Positions 45,915 through 55,130 of a stretch of DNA of 64,000 nt are shown one piece after another. The stretch is from a virus. Its lineage: Duplodnaviria > Caudoviricetes. The notes under the pieces were generated by a model, which made no database searches, was not told where the DNA came from, and saw only the letters and a list, made by a program, of their open reading frames with translations. Location of the stretch: the IMG/VR virus record IMGVR_UViG_3300034170_000057. One strand, given 5' to 3'. A program made the position numbers and the translations under genes. Positions within the stretch are counted from its first letter, which is position 1, and each line of letters starts with the position of its first letter.

Positions 45915-46289
45915 ATGTTGTGGTCAAAAATCATAAGAGATTTGCGCGATGCACTTCCCCAGTACAAGGTGGTGCGGTCGCGTGGCGAGGGAACGCTAGA
46001 ATTTTCATTCAAAGCCCGTGGCGACGACCAGCGTCCGATTTACTACGTGCTGATTGAATATCGCAAAAGCTACGTTTTGCGTAATTTGAATACAGGACTT
46101 GCAAAAAGCTACAGCGAGTCCAAGAGGGAGGAATTGCTGTGCATGATACGCACCATCCAGATGCGACAGAGAAAAACAAAATGCGCGGAATCTGGCCGTG
46201 GTTACGAAAATCGTCTTTTCTCCAAGTGGCGCGAATTGTTCTGCATGACGACCGCCCGCGTGAAGCGACTTACGCTACTTATCGCGTAG
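45915..46289 (+). CDS. hypothetical protein
   Basis: AAGGA RBS; 3' end overlaps the next ORF by about 110 nt. Confidence 0.6.
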   Translation: MLWSKIIRDLRDALPQYKVVRSRGEGTLEFSFKARGDDQRPIYYVLIEYRKSYVLRNLNTGLAKSYSESKREELLCMIRTIQMRQRKTKCAESGRGYENRLFSKWRELFCMTTARVKRLTLLIA

Positions 46290-46600
46290 GCCGTGGCGAG
46301 ATACTGCACGAAATTTTCGTCAGTGATTCCAGACAAAACATCCGAGTCTCCGAACACGTTAAAGGCAAACGCCGACTGTACACGGTAGACTTTTATCAGC
46401 ATGGCATGGTGTGCGTTCGCCAAACTTTTCGCGACGTACATGATGCGGAACATTATTTGAATGTGGAGCTACTGCGCCATGATCACGATTCACCTACACC
46501 TACCCGGTTGCCCCGACGAACAGGAATACGCAGTGTACGCACTTTCGGATGGCGAGGCCGTTTCTCTGCCGTTGCGCTACTGCGAACCCGACGCGCATGA
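46181..46600 (+). CDS. hypothetical protein
   Basis: ATG 46181; overlaps both neighbours. Confidence 0.55.
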   Translation: MRGIWPWLRKSSFLQVARIVLHDDRPREATYATYRVGRGEILHEIFVSDSRQNIRVSEHVKGKRRLYTVDFYQHGMVCVRQTFRDVHDAEHYLNVELLRHDHDSPTPTRLPRRTGIRSVRTFGWRGRFSAVALLRTRRA

Positions 46601-46946
46601 CTCGATTCACTTCTCGAATGAAATCGCTTTTCAGGCTTTTCGTTTGGCTGTGGCGCAAGACAAAATCCTTCCTGCAAATATTCGGTGGCGTACCCACTCG
46701 GCGCAGGGAATTCAGAAAGGCCGGTTCAACGAATTCGGCGTGCCTGTGGATTACGAAGGCAAGGTAACTTATTTCTTTTCGCCCGGTGACAAGCTGTGCG
46801 AAGAATTGTTGATCACTGCCTGTCAAAAATCTAAGCGGCGCAAAATGGAAAAACTCCGCGTACTCGAAGAGCAACGCGATGCCATTGCCGATAACTGTAA
46901 AGGTAAAGAGCATGAAGAACAAAGCTCCCCTCCATCCGTTGGTTGA
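46479..46946 (+). CDS. hypothetical protein
   Basis: GGAG RBS, ATG 46479. Confidence 0.6.
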   Translation: MITIHLHLPGCPDEQEYAVYALSDGEAVSLPLRYCEPDAHDSIHFSNEIAFQAFRLAVAQDKILPANIRWRTHSAQGIQKGRFNEFGVPVDYEGKVTYFFSPGDKLCEELLITACQKSKRRKMEKLRVLEEQRDAIADNCKGKEHEEQSSPPSVG

Positions 46947-47232
46947 ACAGCTGGTTAAACTCGGCGTAGATATCACCATCGGATACGATAAAGAAAAATC
47001 CCGTTTTACGTATCATCTGAATACCGGCGCAAAGTCCGACATGAACGCCTACACCACTAAAGGTGGAACCCTGTTCATCGAAACCCGCTACGGCCCGCAC
47101 GAAGTCGAAACCTTCGAGGAACTGTGCAAGGTTTTCGACGGGTGTGTTACTAGTTTCTGCCATTATCAGTGGTCAGAGGCGATGGCGGAATGCGGACATT
47201 GGCCGGATAAAAATTACCGACCATTTCCATAA
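46912..47232 (+). CDS. hypothetical protein
   Basis: ATG 46912 with AAGGT/AAGAG upstream. Confidence 0.7.
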   Translation: MKNKAPLHPLVEQLVKLGVDITIGYDKEKSRFTYHLNTGAKSDMNAYTTKGGTLFIETRYGPHEVETFEELCKVFDGCVTSFCHYQWSEAMAECGHWPDKNYRPFP

Positions 47233-47241
47233 AGGTTTTCC

Positions 47242-48441
47242 ATGCATGTAAATCTCGATCACCCGGCGGGTACTTACACCACTCGCCAAACAGTTGACTG
47301 GCAAGCGAGTCAAAGCGTCGATTTCGTAATGTTCACCGTTAACGGATTGATGCCTACGCTTTCCGAGTACGTGGCCTACGATACGCTCAACCCACCAAAC
47401 CCTTTTATCGCTGTGACGCAGGACGGGCGCGGTAACGTTGTGTATGACGGTGGCTTTCCGAAGTTCTACAACATGTCGGCGCCAGCAGCGGGCACAGCAT
47501 TTGCCAGCTTATCCGGTGCCCACAAATACCTGTACAACGCGCTGAATTTCGTGAGCAATAAAGCGAAGGTCAACGCAGGCAATCGCAAAGTGCTTATTTT
47601 GGGCGATGCAATTGCAGCAGAAAACTACCCGGTCAAAAGTGCTACGCCAACCGGTTTTTATACGACGTTCGTAAACGTGTTTGCGATTGCTGGATACACA
47701 CCAGTTTTCAAAGACCGCGCAGACTACAGCGGCACGCTGAATCCTACGCTTGAGGAACTCGACGGCTATTGCGCGGTGTTGTTGCTATCGTCGGATTACT
47801 CCACGCCAACCGGACGTTTCACAGCGGCGGGCGTCACGGCAATGGTGGCGTACCGGGAAGCCGGAAACGGTGTGATCCTGATCACTGACCACGGCCCGGA
47901 TATTCCGGACGTTACAACCGCAGCTAACGGCGCATACGGCGCGTTCTTCCGCACGGCAAACCAACTAGTGGCTGAATATGGCGCGTTCTTCAGCGGCCTC
48001 TATGATCGCACGCCGGTTAACGTGGGTTTCCTGCGCAGCACGTATGGGGATCACCTGCTGTATAACGGCATGGCGAACACTGACAACATTGCAGCCGGAC
48101 CTTCTGAGTCGCGAGTATTCATCGCGAACTATCCGCGCTACAAACCAAACGAATTGCCGAAACTCGAATTAGAAACTGGCTGCTACAACATCCAGATTCT
48201 GACGCGCCTGAAAGACGGCACGGTCGAGATTCAACGGCAGACAATTTGTATCGACAAAACCGGCGCAGGTCGGACGTTTGTCCGTAAGCTGTACGTTCGT
48301 GAAACCAGCACTAGCCCTTGGGTTGTGAATTTCGCCAAAGGTGGCTGGGGCGTTTACAAACAAATGCAGCTGATCCGCATGACCCCCGCGAATACCGTGA
48401 TGTGGGATGCAAAACTGAAAGATTGGGTGGGAGTTAAATAG
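47242..48441 (+). CDS. 399-aa alpha/beta protein, class-I GATase/flavodoxin-like fold tentative; possibly virion-associated
   Basis: RKVLILGD...LDGYCAVLLLSS...YREAGNGVILITDH pattern. Confidence 0.55.
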   Translation: MHVNLDHPAGTYTTRQTVDWQASQSVDFVMFTVNGLMPTLSEYVAYDTLNPPNPFIAVTQDGRGNVVYDGGFPKFYNMSAPAAGTAFASLSGAHKYLYNALNFVSNKAKVNAGNRKVLILGDAIAAENYPVKSATPTGFYTTFVNVFAIAGYTPVFKDRADYSGTLNPTLEELDGYCAVLLLSSDYSTPTGRFTAAGVTAMVAYREAGNGVILITDHGPDIPDVTTAANGAYGAFFRTANQLVAEYGAFFSGLYDRTPVNVGFLRSTYGDHLLYNGMANTDNIAAGPSESRVFIANYPRYKPNELPKLELETGCYNIQILTRLKDGTVEIQRQTICIDKTGAGRTFVRKLYVRETSTSPWVVNFAKGGWGVYKQMQLIRMTPANTVMWDAKLKDWVGVK

Positions 48442-48693
48442 TTGTCGAACGTGATTAATATGGCGGGCACAAGCACCGCACACACCGACAAAATGCTGCA
48501 AGATAATATCGGACTCAACACGACAGAAGTTGTGTTGGGCCTTATGGTTATTTTCATCGTTGCTTCGCTTGTCCTTTCGTGGGCCGATAAGCAACGACAG
48601 TCCCGCATTCTTCGCGCAGTGGTACGGACGATTGTTATCGCCGTATCTCTGTGCTGTACCACACTACTCGTTGTTCAATACACTGGAGCGTAA
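48442..48693 (+). CDS. small membrane protein (2 TM)
   Basis: Two hydrophobic segments; TTG start, or ATG 48460. Confidence 0.65.
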   Translation: MSNVINMAGTSTAHTDKMLQDNIGLNTTEVVLGLMVIFIVASLVLSWADKQRQSRILRAVVRTIVIAVSLCCTTLLVVQYTGA

Positions 48694-48697
48694 AACG

Positions 48698-49435
48698 ATG
48701 GCTACTAAAAAGAAAGTTGAAGAAAAGAAAATCAAAGGCGCAGGCAAAGCAAAACCTGTAGCGAAGCCACGTAAACCGAAGCTGCAAGAAATGCACATCG
48801 AAACGCGTACCGTAACCAGCCACGATATTTTCAGCGGCATGGAATTCAAGATCCCGGTTTCGCTGATCGGGCTGACTGGCGATTCTCTGGTGGGGCAGAT
48901 TCTGGAAAAACTCGATCCGGTCAGTAGTTTCCGTGACGCGGTGAGCGGTCAGGTTGCGCTGCTATTGAACAGGCTCAACGAAAAGCGCACGCAGGAATGC
49001 ATTACCAGCCTGCAACTGGATGTTGAATATCAGGCCGACCGCGACGGTGATTATCTGGAATTTCATTTGAATTCCATGGTCGATCCGAAAGGCAAACCAG
49101 ACCTGCCGTACATGACTGGCAAGATGGCGAAGCAACTTCTGGAAACTGCTTTCGAACGTTTCGAAATCGAAGTAGATTTGAACGGTGCGCCAGCGTACCG
49201 CCAGAAAACGGAATTCTTCTACGAAGTGCTGGATGGCACGAACGTTAGAATGCCTGCCGTGTTGGATTACAGCGACGTGCGCGAGCTTTACGTGGCGGTT
49301 GTTCACCAGTTATACATGCAAATGATGGAAGGCAACGTGATCGAGTTTTTCACCAATCACGATGTACACGTGACGCCGGAAGTATTGAAAATGATGGCGA
49401 CCAAAATCGGCAAAGAACATCACGTGGAGATTTAA
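48698..49435 (+). CDS. hypothetical protein with Lys-rich N-terminus
   Basis: GGAG RBS, ATG 48698; MATKKKVEEKKIKGAGKAKP. Confidence 0.8.
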   Translation: MATKKKVEEKKIKGAGKAKPVAKPRKPKLQEMHIETRTVTSHDIFSGMEFKIPVSLIGLTGDSLVGQILEKLDPVSSFRDAVSGQVALLLNRLNEKRTQECITSLQLDVEYQADRDGDYLEFHLNSMVDPKGKPDLPYMTGKMAKQLLETAFERFEIEVDLNGAPAYRQKTEFFYEVLDGTNVRMPAVLDYSDVRELYVAVVHQLYMQMMEGNVIEFFTNHDVHVTPEVLKMMATKIGKEHHVEI

Positions 49436-49804
49436 ATGGAATTCACAGGCATTTCTTATGGTAGTCACATCACAGTTGAGCAGATGCAAAAGGGCAAAAG
49501 TGCGATTGATGATTACCGTAGCCTGTTGCAGATTCCGGGCAACATGCGCAGCACCGCACTTGATCGTAAAACGAAAGACGCCGAAGCAGAAGTTTCGGCA
49601 TTTCGGGCGCATGTTGGCGACCTGTGTTTTTCGCACTGGGCTGTGATTCACACGTGGGCACCGAACGGAAGTAAACCGGCGTACATTCAGCCGATGTGCT
49701 GCCCTCCGATTTTCAAGAAACCCGAAATGCTGCCTGCGCTTTATCAGATTATAAAACAGCATATGGCAGGCGACGAATTCATTTACGATATTGAGCAGCT
49801 ATGA
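49436..49804 (+). CDS. hypothetical protein
   Basis: GGAGA RBS, 122 aa. Confidence 0.75.
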   Translation: MEFTGISYGSHITVEQMQKGKSAIDDYRSLLQIPGNMRSTALDRKTKDAEAEVSAFRAHVGDLCFSHWAVIHTWAPNGSKPAYIQPMCCPPIFKKPEMLPALYQIIKQHMAGDEFIYDIEQL

Positions 49805-50382
49805 GCCAAGTTAAACCGAAAAGTCCGTTCGCACATTTGACGACCGAACATCGTACCCGCATTGGGTACGTGCTGTATCTCGATAGCTACGAAAAGAAAT
49901 TCCAGTATGCTCGCCAGTTGCTTACGGGCGTTGCTGACATGGAAATTCGCATGGCGATCTTTTGGGCGATCAAAGAGCGTCACGTGAACATGAACGATCT
50001 GGAAGACGCTGGTTTTATTTTCAGCGATACCACCACGTCACTTCTGGCTGAAGCCAAAGAATGGGCGATGGAACACCAGATGAAATTGGCGCAGTCAATC
50101 ATGCCGTTTATGGACGAAGAGGCCATCCGTGCAATGGCGGCCCTGATAAGCCAGCCGGAACAGCCTATCTCGATGCAGTGGCGTGATGCGCGGGCGGATC
50201 AGCGCCGTGGTGAGGCCCAGTCGAAACGTCGGTCTGAAGAGCAACGCACGACGTTCAACAGCCAACACAAACCCGCACCAGAAGGTACAGTGAAAGAACT
50301 GGCCGCACGGTACGGAAAATCCATTGGCGAAATTCGCAAATTGAAAGCAGCGGATTTGTTGCACACTTTGGAAGGGGCGTAG
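49801..50382 (+). CDS. protein with C-terminal HTH-like motif
   Basis: TVKELAARYGKSIGEIRKLK. Confidence 0.65.
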   Translation: MSQVKPKSPFAHLTTEHRTRIGYVLYLDSYEKKFQYARQLLTGVADMEIRMAIFWAIKERHVNMNDLEDAGFIFSDTTTSLLAEAKEWAMEHQMKLAQSIMPFMDEEAIRAMAALISQPEQPISMQWRDARADQRRGEAQSKRRSEEQRTTFNSQHKPAPEGTVKELAARYGKSIGEIRKLKAADLLHTLEGA

Positions 50383-50385
50383 CCT

Positions 50386-51072
50386 ATGCTACCTGCGATT
50401 TTGGTTTGGCGAGATATCAATAAGTTTCAAAAGGCTGCTGTTCACTACGGGCTTTCGCTAGATCATTTTGAAGACTATTTCACAGGCTTCAAAGTAGGGC
50501 GCAGCGGTTACTGGGCATTGCGGTTCGACCGCCATCCTTCGATGGATTTGGAATCTCTGAATAGCCCGTATATTGCGCCGTCGATTTGGGTAGATAGTTG
50601 CTCGTTTATTTTTCTGGAAACTCCAAACGGGCGACCGAGTACACACCGTGAACCTACGGCAATGAAACCAGACGAAGACCTAGCGATTTCCGAAGCCTTG
50701 TATAAATTGATTCAGGTCGGCATGCCTTTGTACACGGGGCCAATGATGAGCCTTTCGCTTCTTGGGCGTGCGCCTGCCGTTAAAAAGCCACGCAGCAACG
50801 GTTCGCGTGCTGGCGCCACGGGTGCCAACCACTACGCGGCGAAGCACGACGATACTGTAAAAACTATGAACGCTGCTTTTAGCAAGAAGGCCAACGGTTT
50901 GCACCGGCTGGAAGTGGCGCTGATCAAATACTTGGATGGTGTGGATTACGATGTGATTCGTGACGCACTGAATCAAACACGGGCCGCGCAAGAAGACACG
51001 GATTTTCATGCGCTGTGGAAATTGCTAGACGACAAGGCGAGTGCAACAAATGCGGGAAGTGATAAAGTTTAA
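50386..51072 (+). CDS. hypothetical protein
   Basis: GGAAGGGG RBS, 228 aa. Confidence 0.75.
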   Translation: MLPAILVWRDINKFQKAAVHYGLSLDHFEDYFTGFKVGRSGYWALRFDRHPSMDLESLNSPYIAPSIWVDSCSFIFLETPNGRPSTHREPTAMKPDEDLAISEALYKLIQVGMPLYTGPMMSLSLLGRAPAVKKPRSNGSRAGATGANHYAAKHDDTVKTMNAAFSKKANGLHRLEVALIKYLDGVDYDVIRDALNQTRAAQEDTDFHALWKLLDDKASATNAGSDKV

Positions 51073-51487
51073 AGCGCCGTTTGCACGAACGTCGATTGCA
51101 TACCATGTTCACTTCGTTATTTTTCCAAAGAAACCCGATCCACCGAAAGTGATTCACGACTACCGTCACGCACTATTAGTTGTGGCGCTGGCTGCGCAGA
51201 TTCATGGCACGGCACTTGCTATTCGCCAAGCCGCTTGGGAAATGTTCCAGAAAGTTGACCTTGTGAATAATACGCAAGGGGAGGACGGCGTGGTGCAGAA
51301 AGTATTCACGTCAAACGCGGATCTAATGATGACGATCATGTGGCACCCTGCACCCGTCAAATTAGTCGAAATGATTCTTGCCGAAACGGAAACCAAAAAA
51401 GATGAACCAACCGAATCAGAATTTGAGCCCGAACGTATATCGCGGCGTGCCCGATCCAACAGCAAAAGGCGCAAGCAATCTGCCTAA
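51041..51487 (+). CDS. hypothetical protein
   Basis: 148 aa; start may be GTG 51059. Confidence 0.6.
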   Translation: MQQMREVIKFKAPFARTSIAYHVHFVIFPKKPDPPKVIHDYRHALLVVALAAQIHGTALAIRQAAWEMFQKVDLVNNTQGEDGVVQKVFTSNADLMMTIMWHPAPVKLVEMILAETETKKDEPTESEFEPERISRRARSNSKRRKQSA

Positions 51488-51866
51488 CGGGCTGGTGAAC
51501 GATCCGCTGTTTCTGGCATTCAGTGACGCTGGTTATACGTGGCGGGATCAACGTCCGTTCGAATCGTCCGGGCTGACCTACGACCACGCGCTGCACAAAC
51601 ATTTTTACACCGAAGAATTCCCCGGTGAAAAAGTGCGCGCTTATTACATCACGGTCGAAGTGGCGAACATGTTCCGCATTCCCAATTATCCACGGGATGG
51701 TTCCATGCCGCGTTTTATGTTTCAGGCTAAACTCTGCCTGCACAACGCTGAAGTGGAAATCGAGCTGGGCCGTATCGACATGGACTGGCGTGTAATGTCC
51801 GTAGCCGAAGCAGAAAAACCTGCATATTATTTGTGGAATGTTTTGGGGCGACCAACCAATGTCTAA
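51402..51866 (+). CDS. hypothetical protein, start uncertain
   Basis: ATG 51402 overlaps the previous gene by 86 nt. Confidence 0.6.
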   Translation: MNQPNQNLSPNVYRGVPDPTAKGASNLPNGLVNDPLFLAFSDAGYTWRDQRPFESSGLTYDHALHKHFYTEEFPGEKVRAYYITVEVANMFRIPNYPRDGSMPRFMFQAKLCLHNAEVEIELGRIDMDWRVMSVAEAEKPAYYLWNVLGRPTNV

Positions 51867-52236
51867 TCCAGATAAAAAGACGCTGATCGCGCAGCAGAAA
51901 CGCGTTGCCGACCTGCTGGTAAAAGCCGAAGGGTACGAACTTTTCCTGAATAGCGACCGCGCACACGTGGTGGTTACTTACCCGCCACCGGAACCTATGA
52001 TGGGTGATTGCCAGACGATGTACCAGAAACCGCGCCGGGATATTCACGTCGGTGGTCGGCCAATCGAACACCACCATTTTGAATTGCGCGATTTGATTAA
52101 AGAGTTGCGCTTGGAACTGGAAACTGTAAATAAAATGAGTAACATTACGGTGGAGGAAGCACGCCGCCGACTACTCATAGACTTACAGGAAATGACATGT
52201 CTAAAATCAACCTCGACCGGGGCCAAATCGCTGTAG
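51859..52236 (+). CDS. hypothetical protein
   Basis: ATG 51859. Confidence 0.7.
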   Translation: MSNPDKKTLIAQQKRVADLLVKAEGYELFLNSDRAHVVVTYPPPEPMMGDCQTMYQKPRRDIHVGGRPIEHHHFELRDLIKELRLELETVNKMSNITVEEARRRLLIDLQEMTCLKSTSTGAKSL

Positions 52237-52442
52237 ACGATATCCGCGACCAAGCGGTTGCAGCTATCCAAGCGAAACTTGCGAATCTCGGTTTGAAAGC
52301 ACCCGAACTTTGCAAGCGTTACAAGATTTCCGAAATTGATTTGCGGGGAATTATCACGGGGCAGGGCCAAGTGCCGCTTGCACGTATCCTGATGTTTGCC
52401 GCGAATCTTGGCTATGACCTTCAGCTGGTGGTAAGCGAATAG
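52197..52442 (+). CDS. XRE/HigA-like HTH protein
   Basis: LGLKAPELCKRYKISEIDLRGIITG...LARILMFAANLG. Confidence 0.7.
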   Translation: MSKINLDRGQIAVDDIRDQAVAAIQAKLANLGLKAPELCKRYKISEIDLRGIITGQGQVPLARILMFAANLGYDLQLVVSE

Positions 52443-52512
52443 TGAAAACGTTGTTCATTCTTTTCATGGTATTCATGAACTGCCTACCGCTGGCCGTTAC
52501 GGTGTACGCGAT

Positions 52513-52764
52513 ATGCAAAAAGAATTACCGGACGTACCGACCGAAAAAGATCCACCGAAAATAGACTGCCTTGAAACTAAGTGCAGGGAACTTGCGGCCA
52601 CTGGTCACAGCAGAACGCACGCCGCCGAAATCCTCGGAATCGCACGGCGTACATTCTACGAAGTTTGCAAAGACCTCGATGTGCAGTGGCCGCGCCCTAA
52701 TCAATCCCGACGTGACCGGGCTGGACAATCCCAGCGCGCCGCACGCATGCAGCAAGGATCGTAA
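52513..52764 (+). CDS. Fis-type HTH protein
   Basis: TGHSRTHAAEILGIARRTFYEVCKDL. Confidence 0.7.
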   Translation: MQKELPDVPTEKDPPKIDCLETKCRELAATGHSRTHAAEILGIARRTFYEVCKDLDVQWPRPNQSRRDRAGQSQRAARMQQGS

Positions 52765-52765
52765 A

Positions 52766-53128
52766 ATGGCATTGGATAATCAAGAAAAAATCAAAGTGTT
52801 GGAAAACCTCTACGTGCAGCTTACGAAGCGCTATGAACAGCGCCTGCGGATACTGGATACGTTGAATTCCAATACGCCCGGATGCGGCGAAGTCGGGCAA
52901 CGTGGCTTTATGGGTTTTGATGGGTTTCCGAATGTGCTGCATGGCGTAAGCTGTGTACAGCAGATGAAAGATCAAATCGACAACGTGGAAAAGCGGATCA
53001 ACCTGATTCAGAATCCGCCAGAACCCCTGCGTGAACCAACTGATCAGGAATTGTTTGACATTGCGATTTCTGATTTGCAGGATTACAAAGTGAATATCGT
53101 TGAACTGGTACAGGGGCTTCGCAAATGA
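52766..53128 (+). CDS. coiled-coil hypothetical protein
   Basis: AAGGA RBS, ATG 52766. Confidence 0.75.
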   Translation: MALDNQEKIKVLENLYVQLTKRYEQRLRILDTLNSNTPGCGEVGQRGFMGFDGFPNVLHGVSCVQQMKDQIDNVEKRINLIQNPPEPLREPTDQELFDIAISDLQDYKVNIVELVQGLRK

Positions 53129-53586
53129 AAGCAATTGATAGCCTTCGCGTCTGCACCGACCGGGCCGGTGGCTTGACCATGGAAGAACTGCGCACGTTCG
53201 TCGATAAGCACGACGGGTCAGATTGTGCGCTGCGTTTTAATTATGAACGTTCCGATCACGAAGTTGCGGTCTATGACGTGTTCCTGCATGACGATATGCA
53301 CGACGCACCAGAACTGAAAATTGATCCTGATTTTCGCTGGGAAATTGCAGAGCGCATGCCGTACCTGAAGCGGGTCAAAACTGAAACGCTGAAAGACTGG
53401 CACCAACGGGTAGACGAAGCAATCCATGACTTCGGGTACATCGTGGATAACGCGGGTATTGGGCAGCATGCAATCGGCCTGCATCACAAGGGCGTCAAGT
53501 ACCAGACGGACACAAACATGCGCCGCACGTTCTACCTCGGCCCGAACAATCAGTGGTTTAAAATTCACCAGTTCCCAAAACTGTAA
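53125..53586 (+). CDS. hypothetical protein
   Basis: 153 aa, ATGA overlap. Confidence 0.75.
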   Translation: MKAIDSLRVCTDRAGGLTMEELRTFVDKHDGSDCALRFNYERSDHEVAVYDVFLHDDMHDAPELKIDPDFRWEIAERMPYLKRVKTETLKDWHQRVDEAIHDFGYIVDNAGIGQHAIGLHHKGVKYQTDTNMRRTFYLGPNNQWFKIHQFPKL

Positions 53587-53602
53587 ATTAAAGGTAGGTA
53601 CA

Positions 53603-53953
53603 ATGATTTACAACGCTACCAGCCTAGAAGCAGCACGTGCGCTGGTTCGCCAAGCAGCCCTAACGGAACACCGCCTGTACGTCGATGTTTGCAATATGCT
53701 GGGCACGCCTGCGAACGGCATGCGGGGTTTTACGGAACTGCACTCCTACGCGCAGTGTCTGCAAGCGCTGCAAAAGCACAACGAGAAAATCAAACAGCAC
53801 CAATCGGTGTTGGTGAACTCGGAACAGCATCTGAAAGATTTCAATAAACTGGCTCAAGAAATGGGCATACATCCAACACATGAATCTTTCCAGCCCGAAC
53901 GCAAACACGGTTGGTTGTTTCGTCTGTGGTGCTGGTGGAATTTCCGCCGATGA
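53603..53953 (+). CDS. coiled-coil hypothetical protein
   Basis: AGGTAGG RBS, ATG 53603. Confidence 0.7.
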   Translation: MIYNATSLEAARALVRQAALTEHRLYVDVCNMLGTPANGMRGFTELHSYAQCLQALQKHNEKIKQHQSVLVNSEQHLKDFNKLAQEMGIHPTHESFQPERKHGWLFRLWCWWNFRR

Positions 53954-54213
53954 ACACAGTAGAAGACAACGCGCTGGAATTGTTCAAAGCGTCGGCGCGT
54001 AAAGTTCGGCGTATTACCGGTGTGCAATTGAGTGCGGTACAGGAAAACCTGTCACGTGCCATGCGCTACCAAAACTTTCATGAGTGTCGCCAGCGCATGC
54101 TGATACAGCGCGACAATCAAGTTCGTTCGGATTTGGAAATTGCTGAAAAGTTTCTGATCCAACAATTCCAAATTGATGGCGCGTTAGATGGTTCCAAGTG
54201 CCGCATGAACTAA
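53950..54213 (+). CDS. hypothetical protein
   Basis: ATGA overlap; KASARKVRR...QENLSRAMRYQNFHE. Confidence 0.65.
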   Translation: MNTVEDNALELFKASARKVRRITGVQLSAVQENLSRAMRYQNFHECRQRMLIQRDNQVRSDLEIAEKFLIQQFQIDGALDGSKCRMN

Positions 54214-54482
54214 GCTGTCATAAGTGTTCAAGAGGTTTGTTCGTATCGCCAGAAATGAAGGCGTTATACCTGACCTCGGAAATTAAACTGCGCTGCGCAT
54301 ATTGTAGCGCGCTTACCAAAGTGGAAGCGAAACCGTATGTCGCCAGAAAATCTACAGTGCCCGTACTGCAACAAGCCGTTGCTGAATTATACAACCCCGG
54401 TTTTTACGAGCGCGTGTTGCGGGAAGCTGGTTGGTGTAAAAGTGAAAATGACGCAGGACGTAAACGTTTTTATTCCTGTTGA
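54198..54482 (+). CDS. Zn-ribbon protein
   Basis: CHKC and CAYC pairs. Confidence 0.65.
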   Translation: MPHELSCHKCSRGLFVSPEMKALYLTSEIKLRCAYCSALTKVEAKPYVARKSTVPVLQQAVAELYNPGFYERVLREAGWCKSENDAGRKRFYSC

Positions 54483-54804
54483 TGGGTGGCTCAAACTTCA
54501 TAATCTTGCGAATAAAGACGGGCTCAAACTCAACTGTCTTACGGGCGATAACAAACCGATCCCCGGCGTGACTATGCGCAGTGATAGCGAGCGTGATAGT
54601 AAGTGGACAAAAGTTTATTGGGATGGTGACTGGTACGTGCGTTTGGTCGGTGGTTTCAATCTGGAAAAAGCCGGTCTATCTCATGGTCTGTCACTAGGCA
54701 CAAAATTCTCCACGATCAAAGAGGCGTGCGACCATGCAGATATGGTTGATCGTGTTCTCGATTTAATCAAAGAACGAATCATTGAAAAAGGTGCGCAAAA
54801 ATGA
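54448..54804 (+). CDS. hypothetical protein
   Basis: ATG 54448 preferred over GTG/ATG further upstream. Confidence 0.65.
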   Translation: MTQDVNVFIPVDGWLKLHNLANKDGLKLNCLTGDNKPIPGVTMRSDSERDSKWTKVYWDGDWYVRLVGGFNLEKAGLSHGLSLGTKFSTIKEACDHADMVDRVLDLIKERIIEKGAQK

Positions 54805-55130
54805 AATACGAATATCGTAACCTCACTCTGATTTCTGCACTGGCCGTTGTAGGCCTAACTCTGAACATGACGCAGAGCGCCACGGCTGGCACCGTAAGCG
54901 TGCGCAGTGCCCCGGAAGCCACCACCGACGAAGGCCAGCCGCGTGGCGACATAGTGTTCGGCCCCTACCTGTACGAATCGCACATCGTGAACGGTAAAGA
55001 AGTGCAGCGTTTTTACGATTCCGAAACCGGCGTCGTTTGTTTCCTGCTGGATGGTAAACCGTGGGGCTGTTCGCCCGCGCCGCTCCGCAGTGTCCTTGAC
55101 GAACGCTACGAAGGGAAAGACGCGAAATGA
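54801..55130 (+). CDS. secreted or periplasmic small protein
   Basis: Signal-like LISALAVVGLTL...ATA; FYDSETGVVCF...GCSP. Confidence 0.7.
   Translation: MKYEYRNLTLISALAVVGLTLNMTQSATAGTVSVRSAPEATTDEGQPRGDIVFGPYLYESHIVNGKEVQRFYDSETGVVCFLLDGKPWGCSPAPLRSVLDERYEGKDAK

Noticed and set aside
52442-52564. 40-aa TM peptide (VKTLFILFMVFMNCLPLAVTVYAI...)
   Set aside because: It overlaps the Fis-type HTH gene by 52 nt and has a weak RBS; unresolved, so not called.
54337-54447. CPYC...CC Zn-finger extension of the 54448 gene, dual-coded inside the 54198 Zn-ribbon gene
   Set aside because: It has no RBS, and ATG 54448 gives a normal short overlap; the Cys residues are probably a frame coincidence.
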